A stretch of 64,000 nt of DNA from Balanoglossus misakiensis (lineage: Eukaryota; Animalia; Hemichordata), in the NCBI GenBank assembly GCA_040954595.2, contig CM082576.2:16601028-16665027 (forward strand), read 5' to 3'. This document shows positions 23,401 through 35,683 of this stretch, piece after piece; positions within the stretch are counted from its first letter, which is position 1, and every line of letters begins with the position of its first letter. The position numbers were made by a program, and so were the translations under genes. A model generated the notes under the pieces. That model was not told the origin of the DNA. It saw only the letters and a program-made list of their open reading frames with translations, and did not search any database.

Positions 23401-26400
23401 TTCATTTCATTAAAGAACTGTAATCCTCAAAAGTGCTCTTGAAATCTTTGAAGTACTTTGAAGATTTCTGGAGATAATTAATCGGTGCTAAAATATCAGT
23501 AATTTGGATTAAACAATTAAGTTCTAAATTGCACACTGCCTTCCAGAGTGTTAGTGTGGGAAGTTCAATATTAAACCATGCTTGCTACTGACATTTTGGA
23601 TTTTTAAAATTCAGATCATGTAAATGTGTAAAGAAATATAAAATAATCAGACCTGGTTCACTTAGTGGACACGACTATACCCCCCCCCCCCCCCGGCGAT
23701 ACCATTATTTTTTAGGGGGCGAGGGGTGGCAATGAGGGTGTGAGTGGTGACAATGTGAGGGTGAGTTTAATCCTGACCCTCCTAACCCTAACCCTAACCG
23801 ATGACCCATACAAACTCACCCTCATTGCCACCCCTCGCCCCCTAAAAATAATGGTATGCCCATGGGTATAGTGGTGTCCACTAAGAGAACCAGATCCAAA
23901 TAATCAAGCAAAAACTGGATAAAACCATATCTGTTTTTTGGTTAAGCATATACCATGCATAGTATTGTTTTGATGGAGAGGACACCCTTGGTGGCAATCA
24001 GTTTTGTCTTTTTTGATAATAGAGGGCATGCCAAAAACTGACACCAAATGAAGCATTAATTCATGACTGTGGTTGTGATTATGGAGTTGTGTGCGGGTAT
24101 GACCCAAAATATGTCCCCCAGTCAAAAACACACTGTCTACCTTTTGAGCCCCTACTATGATTATTTCTAAAACAGCCTGACCCAGGCTAAGGAAAATGAC
24201 AATTCCCTTTGTTTTTTTACTTGCAGGAACAGAACAATTTGCACGGGGTAGTAGGAAGAGATCATACCCAGTTATCAAGGGATAGTGTCCAAGTGGAAAA
24301 TGCTGTCACTCCATTACATAGGAACAGGTAATGTACACTTATTGTGAACGATGAAAGAAGGAATTGTGTGTTACTGAATAGGTAAATCTGTTGGCCATGA
24401 ATCACCTGATCCTACTATATGAGCCCTGAAAGCCCAGAACATTTGGCCATCCTATGCATACTGTAAAACACTTTATTTTCGCGAGCAATAAATTTTCGCG
24501 AAATACGCGAGAGCCAAAATAGCTAGAAAATAAAAAGTCATGTAAATTTTTTTTGAAGATAACGATGCAGTGAATGAAATAAGAGAACGCGAATATTAAT
24601 ACTCGCGAAACAGTGGCCTCTCTCGATATCGCGAAAATTTCAAATCGCGAAAATAATTAAATAATAACACATGATAGCGAGGGCAATATGATGATTTGAT
24701 GCCTGCACGAGGGATGGTGCTCTCTGACCATAATATTGATGATGCCCGAGCCGTAGAGTGATTACATTCATCATGTTCATTGTCCGCGTTAGTTTGAGCA
24801 AAGGATTAAAAAAAATAACTTTAGTGCCGTTTACCACAGTGGGTCATGTGTAATTGTTGTCCTGTGTCACATGAGAATGTCCTTCATGAATTAAAACTGC
24901 ATAGCCACGCGAAATTTCACAGAGTCTCAGTGGCGGAGTTTGGAAAAACCGTGTCTGATGTCACAACATAAAAGTAAGTCCGTAACTAATGTCAGACACA
25001 AATAAGTCGATGTATAACGACAATTATGCATCGATAATAAAGAAACCACCATCGACAAAACTTTTCCACTAAACTTTTTATTTTAATACCACAATATAAT
25101 ACACGCCACGACATTCCCTTGAATTAATAAAGACAGCGACGTTTGTTTACATCATTTATAATAGAGTACTATTTAAAAATTTACATCGAAATTGCAATGT
25201 GAAAACAAGGATTTACTGAATTTTCACGTCAATTGAAAATTCAGCAGTTTTCCCTTATCATCCTCGATTCCTCGCACAAAACAAAATTGATGTGAAAATC
25301 ATTCATAAGATTTCTGTCAAGTTTTCTTCCATGATACAGATTGCCTTCAAATGTGCGATCTGGCGACATCTAGGCTAATTCAAGAAAGGGATACCTTAAA
25401 ATGTCGCAGTCTCTTTTTTTCTGAACACGTTTGTCGAACAACATTCCTGTATTCGACAAAATAATATTAAAAGCTATCTTTCAGCAATAAAATAATTTCA
25501 TATTTCTTGATTGAAGACTAACCATTTCGCCCTTTCTGTTTTATACACTGACATATACAGTAAACGGGAAATTTTCGCGAACGATATTTTTGGGAACTAC
25601 ACGAGAGCAAACATACGCGAAAATAAAAAGTCGCGTAAAAATGTTTTTCGGAGATAGCGATGCAGTGAAATATCGCGAAAATATCCTATCGCGAAACTAT
25701 CCCGATTTACAGTACATGATGTAACTATCGATATCATGAAATAGCATGATTAGATCGAAATCAACATTTAAAAAACAACAAAATAATTTACAGCATGAGT
25801 GGTACACTATGCGGTCATTCAATCTTTACATGTATACATGTAACGCACAAACGTTAAAATGTTGTTTTCATTTGCGGAAATTTGGTTTGGCTACTAATTA
25901 CAGTGTAATACAGTCAAAGCCTTTTTTTTCATAAATTGATATTGACCAATGCATAATATGAATCATGTAACATAGATTTCCGTGAAAACAGATTGAACTG
26001 AACAGAACAAATGTTTTGATCACCAATGCGGTTTTTTTCGATAAACACGATCGTGAAAAATATATGTACAGTGTATGTCACTCTGCGTTTCCCATTCAAT
26101 ACGAAAATGAAAAGGTACCTGTGATCTAGACCACAATAAACGCTTTTAGTGATAAGAATGTATCACCCAAAACAGATCAACATCTAACCACTGTAGGTTT
26201 AATCACAGGGAGATAGTCACTAAATATGGGAGTATTCAAAGAACCTAGACGACCAAATGCCAAATAACAATTCAGTATAAAGAAAACGCATCCGTATCAT
26301 GCAGTCATCGTCTTGACGTACAATAGACAGTGTGGCATATGCAGATATTAAACAAAATTATAACGACACGTTCTTTGAGTAAAAATACGAAAATGTGTGC

Positions 26401-28908
26401 CTTGGATATACTAAGACATTAAAAGTGTCAGATTATATGTACCAAGTGATGTTAATTAAAACAAGTCTTCGATTCAAGAATTTCGACCGACGGAAATAAC
26501 TGGACTGTAAAATAAAATATCAAGAATCGTCAATTATTAATGGAATATTATATATACCAAACTGTCGCATTGATTCAGAAATGACAATGCTTGCTTGGCT
26601 TTAAGGTTCCAGTTTCAATTGTAGCAGAGAATTGGATGTAAGATGTCGTTTGGCTCGTGGATGATCATGGCGGGGGTTGTGCGATGAATCGGTGGAGCGG
26701 GCGGCGTTCGACGCACCCCCCCCCCCCTTGCCTAAGTAGCTCTCTGGCGGACTACACAGCAACACAGGTGTTCCCGGAATCTGCTGGACATGAGGGAGTA
26801 GATGATGGGATTGGCCATGCAACCGCAGAACGAGATGGCGAACATCAGACGAGTGTAAAATACGTTGCGCGGCATGGCATCGATCGCACGGAGCAACGTA
26901 ACAATCCCCAGTGGCAAATAGGTGGCGATGTAAGTCAAGATGAGAATTAAACAAATGCGGATGGTGGCCAAGTCGCGTTTATCTATTTCAGATTTACTTT
27001 GAGTCAAACTTTTGGACAGCTTACGTTGTTTCTGTTTTAGGCAGAAAATATAACCATACGATACACTGACCATTAGAAGCGCGCTTAACACAATACAACA
27101 ACCAATCTTGTTAACTACGTTGATGACTCCCACGATCTGTGGAGGACCGCTGTCGATCAGACAAAATCGCTGGGGAGTGAGTGCAGCTCGGGAGATGGCA
27201 TAGCCTGCACCAACAAAAAAGCTGACACAAATCGATGCCACTATGGTTATCTTCATTCCATACGAGGAGAACTTCCCGCTTACGCCCATCGCCCGAGTCA
27301 CGCTGAGCAGTCCGAGACTGACGCAGGACATCGTCACCGACAGGAACGCGATGAAGACGTATACCCTGCACATTTTCAGCGAAGCGTCGTTCGCGAAGAC
27401 GTTTGTGCCGTTCAGTAGGAAGTAGACGTTTGCGACTAACACCATCGGGGCTATAAAAGCGCAGGTCAGCAGGTCGACGACGGCGATAGTCACGATTTGT
27501 ATGTTGGCCGGCGTCCGCAGGTTCTTGACTCTGCCGACGATCCAACAGACAAGAAAGTTTCCACTCGAGCCTATCACAATGACGGGAACAGTTATGACGG
27601 AGCTGAGTATGAGGCAGATCAAGTCGGTTTTAGTTGGATACTCCAAACTGGCTGTCTGGTTGACCATTGACTCATTCATGTCCGTATGCGTTGCAAGACA
27701 ATCCCGCCACAACTAAACCGGCAAAGCTCTTAATTAAACGTGGAGAGGCGCCTGATGAAGTTGGATTGGAATTGCCGGCGTGACAGGTTTAGTCCGCACA
27801 AGTACACCTGATGTGATCTTCGTTGGAGGCAGTAATAAACGTCACATCGACAACAAATTTGCATTTGAAGCTGATAATGCGTGTCTGTGACCAATGAGCA
27901 ATTAGAAGAGGCGCAAGTATACATGAAGTGTGGGCAAATTACTGACAGATAAAGGGAGAGTTGCAGCCCTACTTTCTTTTGGACGACATCAATTAATCCC
28001 TTTGGAATCTTTCCTATCTGGAAAATTGTGAGTATTGTTCCCACAGTTCAAGGACACGTGCGAGCATGATAAAATCTGAGGCCTACCATCACATAGGCTG
28101 ACATTTTAAATTTGCTAGCAAGAATATGATTTTCTTTTTCAATTAAAAATCATTCTTTTGTGGAGCAGTTCACGGAAACATTTACATCGAACCCTATCTG
28201 ATTAAAATCAGATGTAGGGAACGGCGACGTCTTTTAGGCTTACGCGGTATGCGTTTTTTATGCTGTCGTCTCACACATAAACAACCCGTACCGCGGAAGT
28301 AAAAGACGTCGCCGTTCCCTACATCTGATTTTAATCAGATTGCCGCAAACCCTCAGAAATGTGAGAGCTGTCAGTACAAATACGACAGTGATAGAAATCG
28401 GCAGTAAGATAATGGCTCATTATCGTCCTTTATGTGAGAACGATCGAAATGAATTTCAGTCCATGTCGAAGTTCCAGGTACCAAATTGCACCCATTTCAG
28501 CCATGAACACATGTTTAACATATTACAAATAATTGAAAGATTTGAAGGAGGCGCGCATTTCTACACAAATCTAGGCCCTACCTAAAGTGTCAACAGTGCT
28601 AGGAAACCCATTGCATTCAATTGTCGGAGCGGGGATATGAGACTATACGGAAAACTATCATTAATATTGAGAAAGTTTTTTTCTCCGGTGATGCAGTATG
28701 TTGGGCTAGTCGACGCGCGTTTGGAGGTCTGTATAAACGTAGCAAACCCGATAACGTAATATTTTCTTTTTTTTTTCTGACCAAAACGTAGTAAATATTT
28801 ACCGATAACATATCAAAGAATTACTGATAAACTTTCCATCTATCCATCCATCCATCCATACATACATTAATCAATAGATCTATGTATAGATCTATGTATA
28901 AATCTATG

Positions 28909-28998
<90 letters not shown>

Positions 28999-30230
28999 CA
29001 GATAGATAGATAGGTGATCGATCCGTCGATAAATACATCGATCGATCACTCAACCAATTTCGATCGATCGATCGATGTTCGGTAGATGGTCGATCGATAG
29101 GTGATCTATATCGATCTATTCAAACATGCGATCTATCATTTCAAATGAAAGATAGATCAATCAATCTTACTGCTTTAGCATCTCTCAAGTGTTACCGCTG
29201 GGTTTTCTTGTCCTGTGGTATCAAAGACAAGAATGTACCAAAGTATAAAGTTTATTGCTACAGTAAGAAGTGTTACAACACACAAGTGCTCAAGATGTGC
29301 CAACAGAAGACACTAATAGTACTTTGATTCGGTGAAGTCTTCAATGCCTGTAACTTTGACATTTGATGCCTGCTGTTAATTGATTTGTGGGATTGGTACG
29401 AGCACAAGTCCCTCCTGGTAACCTAGTCTAGATCACGTTTCACTTTTAATACTAAATTGACAACAAGTGCCTTGTAATGGCAGAAAAGTTACACTTTCAC
29501 ATCTCGCTACAATTGTTTACGCATGATTTTTATGCGCAGAAACGCAAGGAGACTTGCGGCTTCAAACGCAGGATTTTCGTCACTTGGGGGAATCAGCGGC
29601 TGTGGGTTTGCAAATACAAAACGCCACTGAGAATGAAAACTACACAAATATAGTGCTGTCTTTGTCGGCTCCACGGTCACCCTCGAGACATCTTCTGCAG
29701 TGACCATGGACGGCTCCTATTCGCATATGCAATACGGTTGAAATGCACTCTTGGAAATGAACATTTCTCTGGTAATTATTGAGCTCAGAATTCCCTCAAA
29801 GTCTATATTTTCTGAAAGTCTAGATACAGGGCAACATTTTGGTTACATCAGTTGACCGTTGTTTTCGCAACTATCACGTTACAGGCAATTTAAATAACGG
29901 CACAAATAAAACAATGTTTTGTGTGAATCCTTTGAGATATCCGGCTCAAATTTGCGTGAATATATTAACTATCATATAAAGCGTGTCTCAGATTTTATTT
30001 TAAACCCTAGCAGTGAATTACTTCTGCTGCTCCGGAAGTTTCTGCATCATAAAAATCGGAATACTCGTATCGCAAATTGATGAAAGTTATATCACGAAAA
30101 CTGTTGTCCATGTAACTCGAACTGTGAACATGTAACTGAATGATTATGAAAAAAAAACTAAAGATACAGCACTGGTTGACTTGATGCATTAACATTTGAA
30201 TTTTCAGTATTTGACTTGGCTTCATTATGG

Positions 30231-30302
<72 letters not shown>

Positions 30303-33300
30303 ATAATCTGTATGTCTGTGTATGTCTGTCTGTCTGTCTTTGTCGATACATAAATCTTTCTAGATATCGTACTATTGCTCGATCGATCGATCAATCGATG
30401 GATGGATGGACGGACGGACGGATGGATGGATAGAAACATTAACAGTTTTAATGTATTGATACGTTAACGGTAAATGGTTACTACGTTATTGGGTTTGCTA
30501 CGTTATCAGTTGTGACAGGCGGTGCGACAGTACGTTCATAAGATTATATTTGGGTTGATATTAAGCTATATGCCTCGCACAGATACACGTGCACGTCAAT
30601 AGTTATTGAAGAGAGCAAACTAAACATGCACGTATTCAATAATGCATACACTGGTTGGAAACGTGTAGGTGAAGCACGTTTGATCAAGTGGTCATTCCGC
30701 GCAGGTTTCCATAGTAATGGCTGTATTACTGATTAAAGGATAATTACGCTTCTATCACGCGAGTATCTCACGGGCAAGACCTTCATTTCCGCTCTATGAC
30801 GCCAGTCAAAAATCAATAAGCTCCAGCCCTTTAAATGGTGGCGTATACTTTTTTTCGTAAAACATGTCCCAGGGGCGCGTATGTACTATCTCAACATTTG
30901 TATTGAAAAATTGATGACTGCATCGAACAATATCCACAAAACTCGTGAAGGATATTCTGGCAATTAATTTTTGAGGTGTGAAAAGCATTTGACAAGACTC
31001 ATCTGCTACTTTTCAAACGATCTTTTTATTCTTCCTAACGTTTCGGACGTACACAGACGACCTTATTCAGAGGCTGTATGAACACAGTATAAAAGGAAAA
31101 AACGGATAACAATTCCACATATGGACTGTGGTTGGACTGACCCACTCGATATTCATCACTATAATTAATTTTGACGGATTTACCGAACGAAGGGTGACTG
31201 TCACACTGAAAAAGTTAATATCTCATTCAAAACGTGAGACTATATGTGGATGTTAACTGTATGTGTTTTTAGTGTTTTGGAGGAATATCTTGCTATATAT
31301 ATTTTTTATGTACCGTTACGTTTCTTCTAAGGCGATACTGTTGTGATCCCAATGCCGTACCCATACAAATCTCTAAGCCATTTCTCCTGGACGGTATTTT
31401 GGAATACGTTTCACACATGTGCACTGCATGTTTTATTCCAAAAATCAAAGGTCAAAGACTATATTCAAATTTGGCCAGCGACAAAGACAAAGACTGAACA
31501 AGTAGAAGTGGACAGACAATCACTAAAAGTCCGTGGAAAACAGACACGTGTGGAGACTGCACTTGTCTCCTAGATTATGACACCTACTGAGAAAGTGTTT
31601 GAATGTACAAACGAGGCTTTCAACAACACCGATTTACAAGTTTGCAAGATAAGTGGCTGTGTCGTTCCGACCAATCGGCATTATGACCTTGGCGTAGATG
31701 TTCTTGCATAGCGAATAAGCTGGGAAATGGATACCCCAAAGTCTCGATATTGCAAATAAAACCGCGGAACACTGACGATACCACTTTGAATACAGCCTCG
31801 TATAAATGTCGCCAACGCAGAAAAATATTGTGTCTTGAGAGGATTTACCCCTACACATATTTTAGTTTTACCAACATCCAATAGCAGAAACGATGTTTCA
31901 CACCATTCGATAAAAAACATTAACTTTTGGAGCAGCATGACTACTCTCACGATTTTTTAGCGATATGACAATGGTTGAATCGTCAACAAACTTGAAAATG
32001 TGTGTATGTTGACTGATGCACAAGTATGTAACAATTTAGGCCTGCAGGAGCGAAGTTAAAAGCGCACGCAGCTGTTGAATCTCTTCATAGGCTATATCAA
32101 AGATGTACGATCGGTTAAATTGAAAGAATTGTCATTTCTTTTTCCAATTCATCTTGAAATTCTGCTTTGTGTGAACAATGAAAATCCGTAATGGAATATA
32201 GGAGTCCCCGTGCGTGTTTTCGAAATACAAGTCCATGTATTTAGTCGATAATGAAGAAACCTGCTGAGTCAGCATTTTTTCACCAATACATGTAGTTTGC
32301 CTATGGGCAAAACATTTAACGAAGTTTATCGTGTGCTTTTATTTGACTAAGCCATGTGGAAAATGTCATGAAATTGACAATAGAAGAAGTGAGTTTTCTA
32401 GCAATTCTCAATCATATGCTATGGGAACAAGACAACAAATGCACACAAATTTACGGGAGTTCACAAGTTAGGGCCTACAGTTTGGCGTGATCGTCTTAAA
32501 CCACGACAGTTTCTGCGTCGACAGATGTTAGATGACCGGCTCGAGTGAATGGTTCTTGATCATTTGTAGGCCTACTGCCATTCCAAAGAAAAGGAACAGC
32601 CTTACGGATACGAAAAGATGCTCCGGAGATGAGCTGAGAACAATAACAATATGGAAGTAGTGAATTGCGACTCACTCCTTCCTGTGTTCAGGCGAAGTAA
32701 CATTTACATGACTATACGTTTCCTGTGAACAAAATGAAAAGGTAGCGCTCTCTGCCACCTTTAATGCGTAACATGATATGAAAATATACGCCATACAAAG
32801 GGACACACACACAATGTACATTGCCTATCTGATTTTTCTGAAGGTTACTTGTCGAGAAACTTTTCTCTGTCTGCCAAGTTTCCTGGTTTTCCAGGTTGTG
32901 ACATAAAGACTTGTACATTGTACCATGATGAATGTGTTCAACGTAAATATGTTTAACATAACAAAATACCCTGTCATCCGTTGTCAGCTTAACCACTGAC
33001 GACCCCTTTACCAAATATACAGGGAATTTCAGTTAATACCTGACTGTTTGTATCAACAACATATAGCACATATTGTACATTTACGCGCATAGCGCAGACC
33101 GCTATGGATGGCTTCGGAGCACGCTTGTGATAAGCCAATAGTATCCGAAGAGTGCATGTTCGTCTTTACATATACACCGCCTATGTCAAAAAAGCCCTAC
33201 ACTGTATTGTTATGCTCTGCACTTGCACCACCAAGCACAGCAATATTAACAGCGAACTTCTGTGTAGAATTTGATTATAGGATGTCTGCTTCCCCTTGGA

Positions 33301-34788
33301 TCTGCGAGTTGTTGTCTCATAACTGTGTTTCCTGGGGGTAAATTTGCAATTCCTTGGAGATCCAATTGTCTAATATATACAGTCGTGACCAGTCAAAATA
33401 TATATACTGTGTAAACACATTGACATTCGTTGTCTCATTGTCTTTGGATATTTTTTTATGATTTCAGACTTGTTTCGTACACATCCGGTGATGAAGACTA
33501 CATCTTGAAAGTCAACATACGTAAACTGCAGGGAGATTTGAAAATAGCTGAACAAACTTTGGTTTACAAAGATGAAGAAATATCACAGTTAAAACAACAA
33601 GTATGTTGAACTTTGGTTTAAATGGCGACGATTGTGTTATGCGCATGTGCCAAACCAGAGACTGTGGTTTTTTAAAAAAAATGTATACAGTCAATAAGGC
33701 AACGCGCTGTGCTAACAGACAAGATGGTGGCGACGATAGTGTCGGAGATTGGGAAAAATTGGGTGAAAAGAACGGACAAAACTAAAATCTACTTGTTCAG
33801 TGCACATGAAATATGGAAGGAGGCGAAGGCAGTCTACAATATGAATGCGTCAAACGCAAAATTTGCTGAAAAATTAGAAGGACGTAATGTTTGTACACAC
33901 AAAATTACACCATGCGCATACGAGCCAAATGTTACAACTAATATGTCCCTTTAATGGACGGATGATCACTATATCTGGTAAAGTTATGTCACACTGACAT
34001 TATACACATGATGACTGACAATGAAGGAAACAGTGTATTTTGATGACCGAGGGCGCTGCTAGTCACAACTAAAACAGTCTTGTTTTCCCTAGGGCATATA
34101 GCCCGATGGAAAACATACTGTTTTGGTGTGACTGGCAGTCCCGAGGTCATCAAAAATACACTGTTGCCCGAATATGTCAGTCATCATGTGTTTTATAACA
34201 CACCAAACACGACACACACCACATCCAGGCAACAGTACCGGGCAGAAACTGATCGAACTGATGCCCTAGGGAACAGTAGCTAATGATGACCGAGGGCATG
34301 GCAAAGTCAATGTTCCACTCATATGTCACTGCAGATACCAAAATCTCTTTCATTTGTTGTAGGTGATGGAGCTGCACTTGGACAGAAGGAAACACGAACA
34401 AAGGATCAAACATTTGGAAACTCAGCTACAAATTGCTGTAGGTCAGCTAAACCACAGACAATCCATTGCAGACACCTCTTTGAATTCTTCCTCGACAAGC
34501 AACAGAACCAGATCGGCAAGACGACACGTGTCACTGGACAGAATGAACTCTAATGCCGAGCTGAGCATCAACCAGTTGGCACAAATCAACCGAGCTAAGA
34601 GAATGAGCCAGGTGGGCAGTCTGGGCGACATGTCCTCCAAACTCACTGAAACCACAGAGATCAGATCCACCAGACACTCACGCGATAATTTTGACGTTAC
34701 TGATACAGACAAAGCGTTGTCAGTGGCTTCTGCACCAACCACCGCTAGTTCAAAGAAAGCAGTAAGCACAGCATGTGTGATATTGTAA
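17423..34788 (+). CDS. Uncharacterised coiled-coil protein with a basic patch and C-terminal CAAX motif (CVIL), ~431 aa
   Basis: Exons 19921-20110, 20525-20638, 21621-21788, 22168-22248, 24227-24327, 33468-33600 and 34363-34788 join in frame with good splice sites. The small 5' exons 17423-17440, 17903-17925 and 19828-19869 are tentative. Heptad-rich segments; ends [13 protein letters not shown]; AATAAA at ~35028. Confidence 0.65.
21112..21337. mobile_element. MITE with TACTGTA...TACAGTA ends (Tc1/mariner-type, TA target)
   Basis: Inverted ends tactgtaaaacaggttattttc / gaaaataacccgttatacagta and internal aattttcgc repeats. Confidence 0.75.
23650..23895. mobile_element. Foldback MITE-like element with a (CCCTAA)n core
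   Basis: Arms ctggttcacttagtggacacgactatac...ggggcgaggggtggcaatgagggtg are complementary to caccctcattgccacccctcgccccc...gtatagtggtgtccactaagagaaccag. The centre holds cctaaccctaaccctaacc. Confidence 0.8.
24459..24655. mobile_element. Partial copy of the TACTGTA MITE family
   Basis: tactgtaaaacactttattttcgcgagcaataaattttcgcgaaatacgcgagagcc aligns with 21112-21337; the right end is missing. Confidence 0.7.
25556..25713. mobile_element. Third copy of the TAC(T/A)GTA MITE family
   Basis: tacagtaaacgggaaattttcgcga...tcgcgaaactatcccgatttacagta with inverted ends. Confidence 0.75.
26732..27679 (-). CDS. Intronless orphan rhodopsin-class (class A) GPCR, ~315 aa, nested antisense in an intron of the CAAX gene
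   Basis: Seven hydrophobic segments; GN in TM1, LRTPAN, AVVD in TM2, Cys at the top of TM3, NPIIY in TM7, FR..L helix 8 and a CCC palmitoylation site. N-glycosylation sequons NES and NQT follow the ATG at 27679. Confidence 0.9.
   Translation of the reverse strand: MNESMVNQTASLEYPTKTDLICLILSSVITVPVIVIGSSGNFLVCWIVGRVKNLRTPANIQIVTIAVVDLLTCAFIAPMVLVANVYFLLNGTNVFANDASLKMCRVYVFIAFLSVTMSCVSLGLLSVTRAMGVSGKFSSYGMKITIVASICVSFFVGAGYAISRAALTPQRFCLIDSGPPQIVGVINVVNKIGCCIVLSALLMVSVSYGYIFCLKQKQRKLSKSLTQSKSEIDKRDLATIRICLILILTYIATYLPLGIVTLLRAIDAMPRNVFYTRLMFAISFCGCMANPIIYSLMSSRFREHLCCCVVRQRAT
28196..28340. repeat. Near-perfect 145-bp palindrome (small foldback element)
   Basis: atctgattaaaatcagatgtagggaacggcgacgtctttta ... 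taaaagacgtcgccgttccctacatctgattttaatcagat. Confidence 0.9.
28908..29012. repeat. (GATA)n microsatellite
   Basis: Directly visible. Confidence 0.98.
30231..30302. repeat. (CTAT)n microsatellite
   Basis: Directly visible. Confidence 0.98.
32101..32330. repeat. Dispersed repeat; inverted copy at ~36529-36751 and a fragment at ~63720-63755
   Basis: gatgtacgatc...aatgaaaatccgtaa...tttagtcgataat...gctgagtcagc...caccaat...tatgggcaaa...catttaacgaagtttat is matched in reverse complement. Confidence 0.75.
34001..34277. mobile_element. Palindromic MITE-like element (left copy)
   Basis: Internal hairpin acacatgatgactgaca...tgtcagtcatcatgtgt; reverse complement of 35407-35683. Confidence 0.8.
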
Positions 34789-35406
34789 GGTGAATGAAAG
34801 TATAGGAATTAATGTCCTTGTTGGTGGCCAGCCAGTGTATACATATGTATTTATAACAATGAAATACTATAATCACATCCACCAAGTTTTCTGCTGACAT
34901 TTGGTTAATTTGCCGGCTGCTCAGTTTTATATTCATTGATTTGTATGAAATAGAGCGACATATCTTGCCAATGAGAGTTATTATGTTGCAACCAAAATTT
35001 TTCAATATAACATTAGAGCAATCATTTAATAAAAAACAATCAGGTATTTTATATTTGTATGATATTGTCGAGAATTTAACAATGTGAAAACAGAACAGCT
35101 AAGTTTTCTGACTGTAATCAGTACTTAATTTACATTGAGCTGAGAATATCAATATGAAAACCTGTATGGCAAATTGTGAATCAGGCAATATTTTGTCTTT
35201 TTTTTTTTTTTTTGCATGAAGGGATCAATTCTTGCATATCGGTCGCAACATTGAACTCAATTTGTGTGCAATTTCCAACACCTCATTATACCCAATTTGT
35301 GTGCACACGGTGTGCGATTATTCACATTGAATACTGTAACACACCATGCAGTGAACCCTCGATCGTGATTCGTCAAAACGCCGTCAAGTGACCTTAGTCA
35401 TTTCGA

Positions 35407-35683
35407 ACTGTTCCCTAGAGCATCAGTTCGATCGGTTTCTGCCCGGTACTAGTTGCCCCGTCTTGATATAATTCCGTGTTTGGTGTGTTACATAGCACAT
35501 GACGACTGACATATTCGGGCAACAGTGTAATTTTGATGACCTCGGGACTGCCAGTCACACCAAAACAGTCTTTTTTCCCTCTGGCTATGCCCTCGGAAAA
35601 ACAAGACTGTTTTAGTTGTGACTAGCAGTGCCCTCGGTCATCAAAATACACTGTTGCCTTCATTGTCAGTCATCATGTGTATA
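35407..35683. mobile_element. Palindromic MITE-like element (right, inverted copy)
   Basis: actgttccctagagcatcagttcgatc...tgtcagtcatcatgtgtata; inverted match to 34001-34277. Confidence 0.8.

Noticed and set aside
31036-31075. Minimal hammerhead-like motif on the minus strand (CTGAATAAGG...CCGAAACGTT)
   Set aside because: The core reads CUGAAUA rather than CUGANGA and the stems pair poorly; at most a decayed retroelement remnant.
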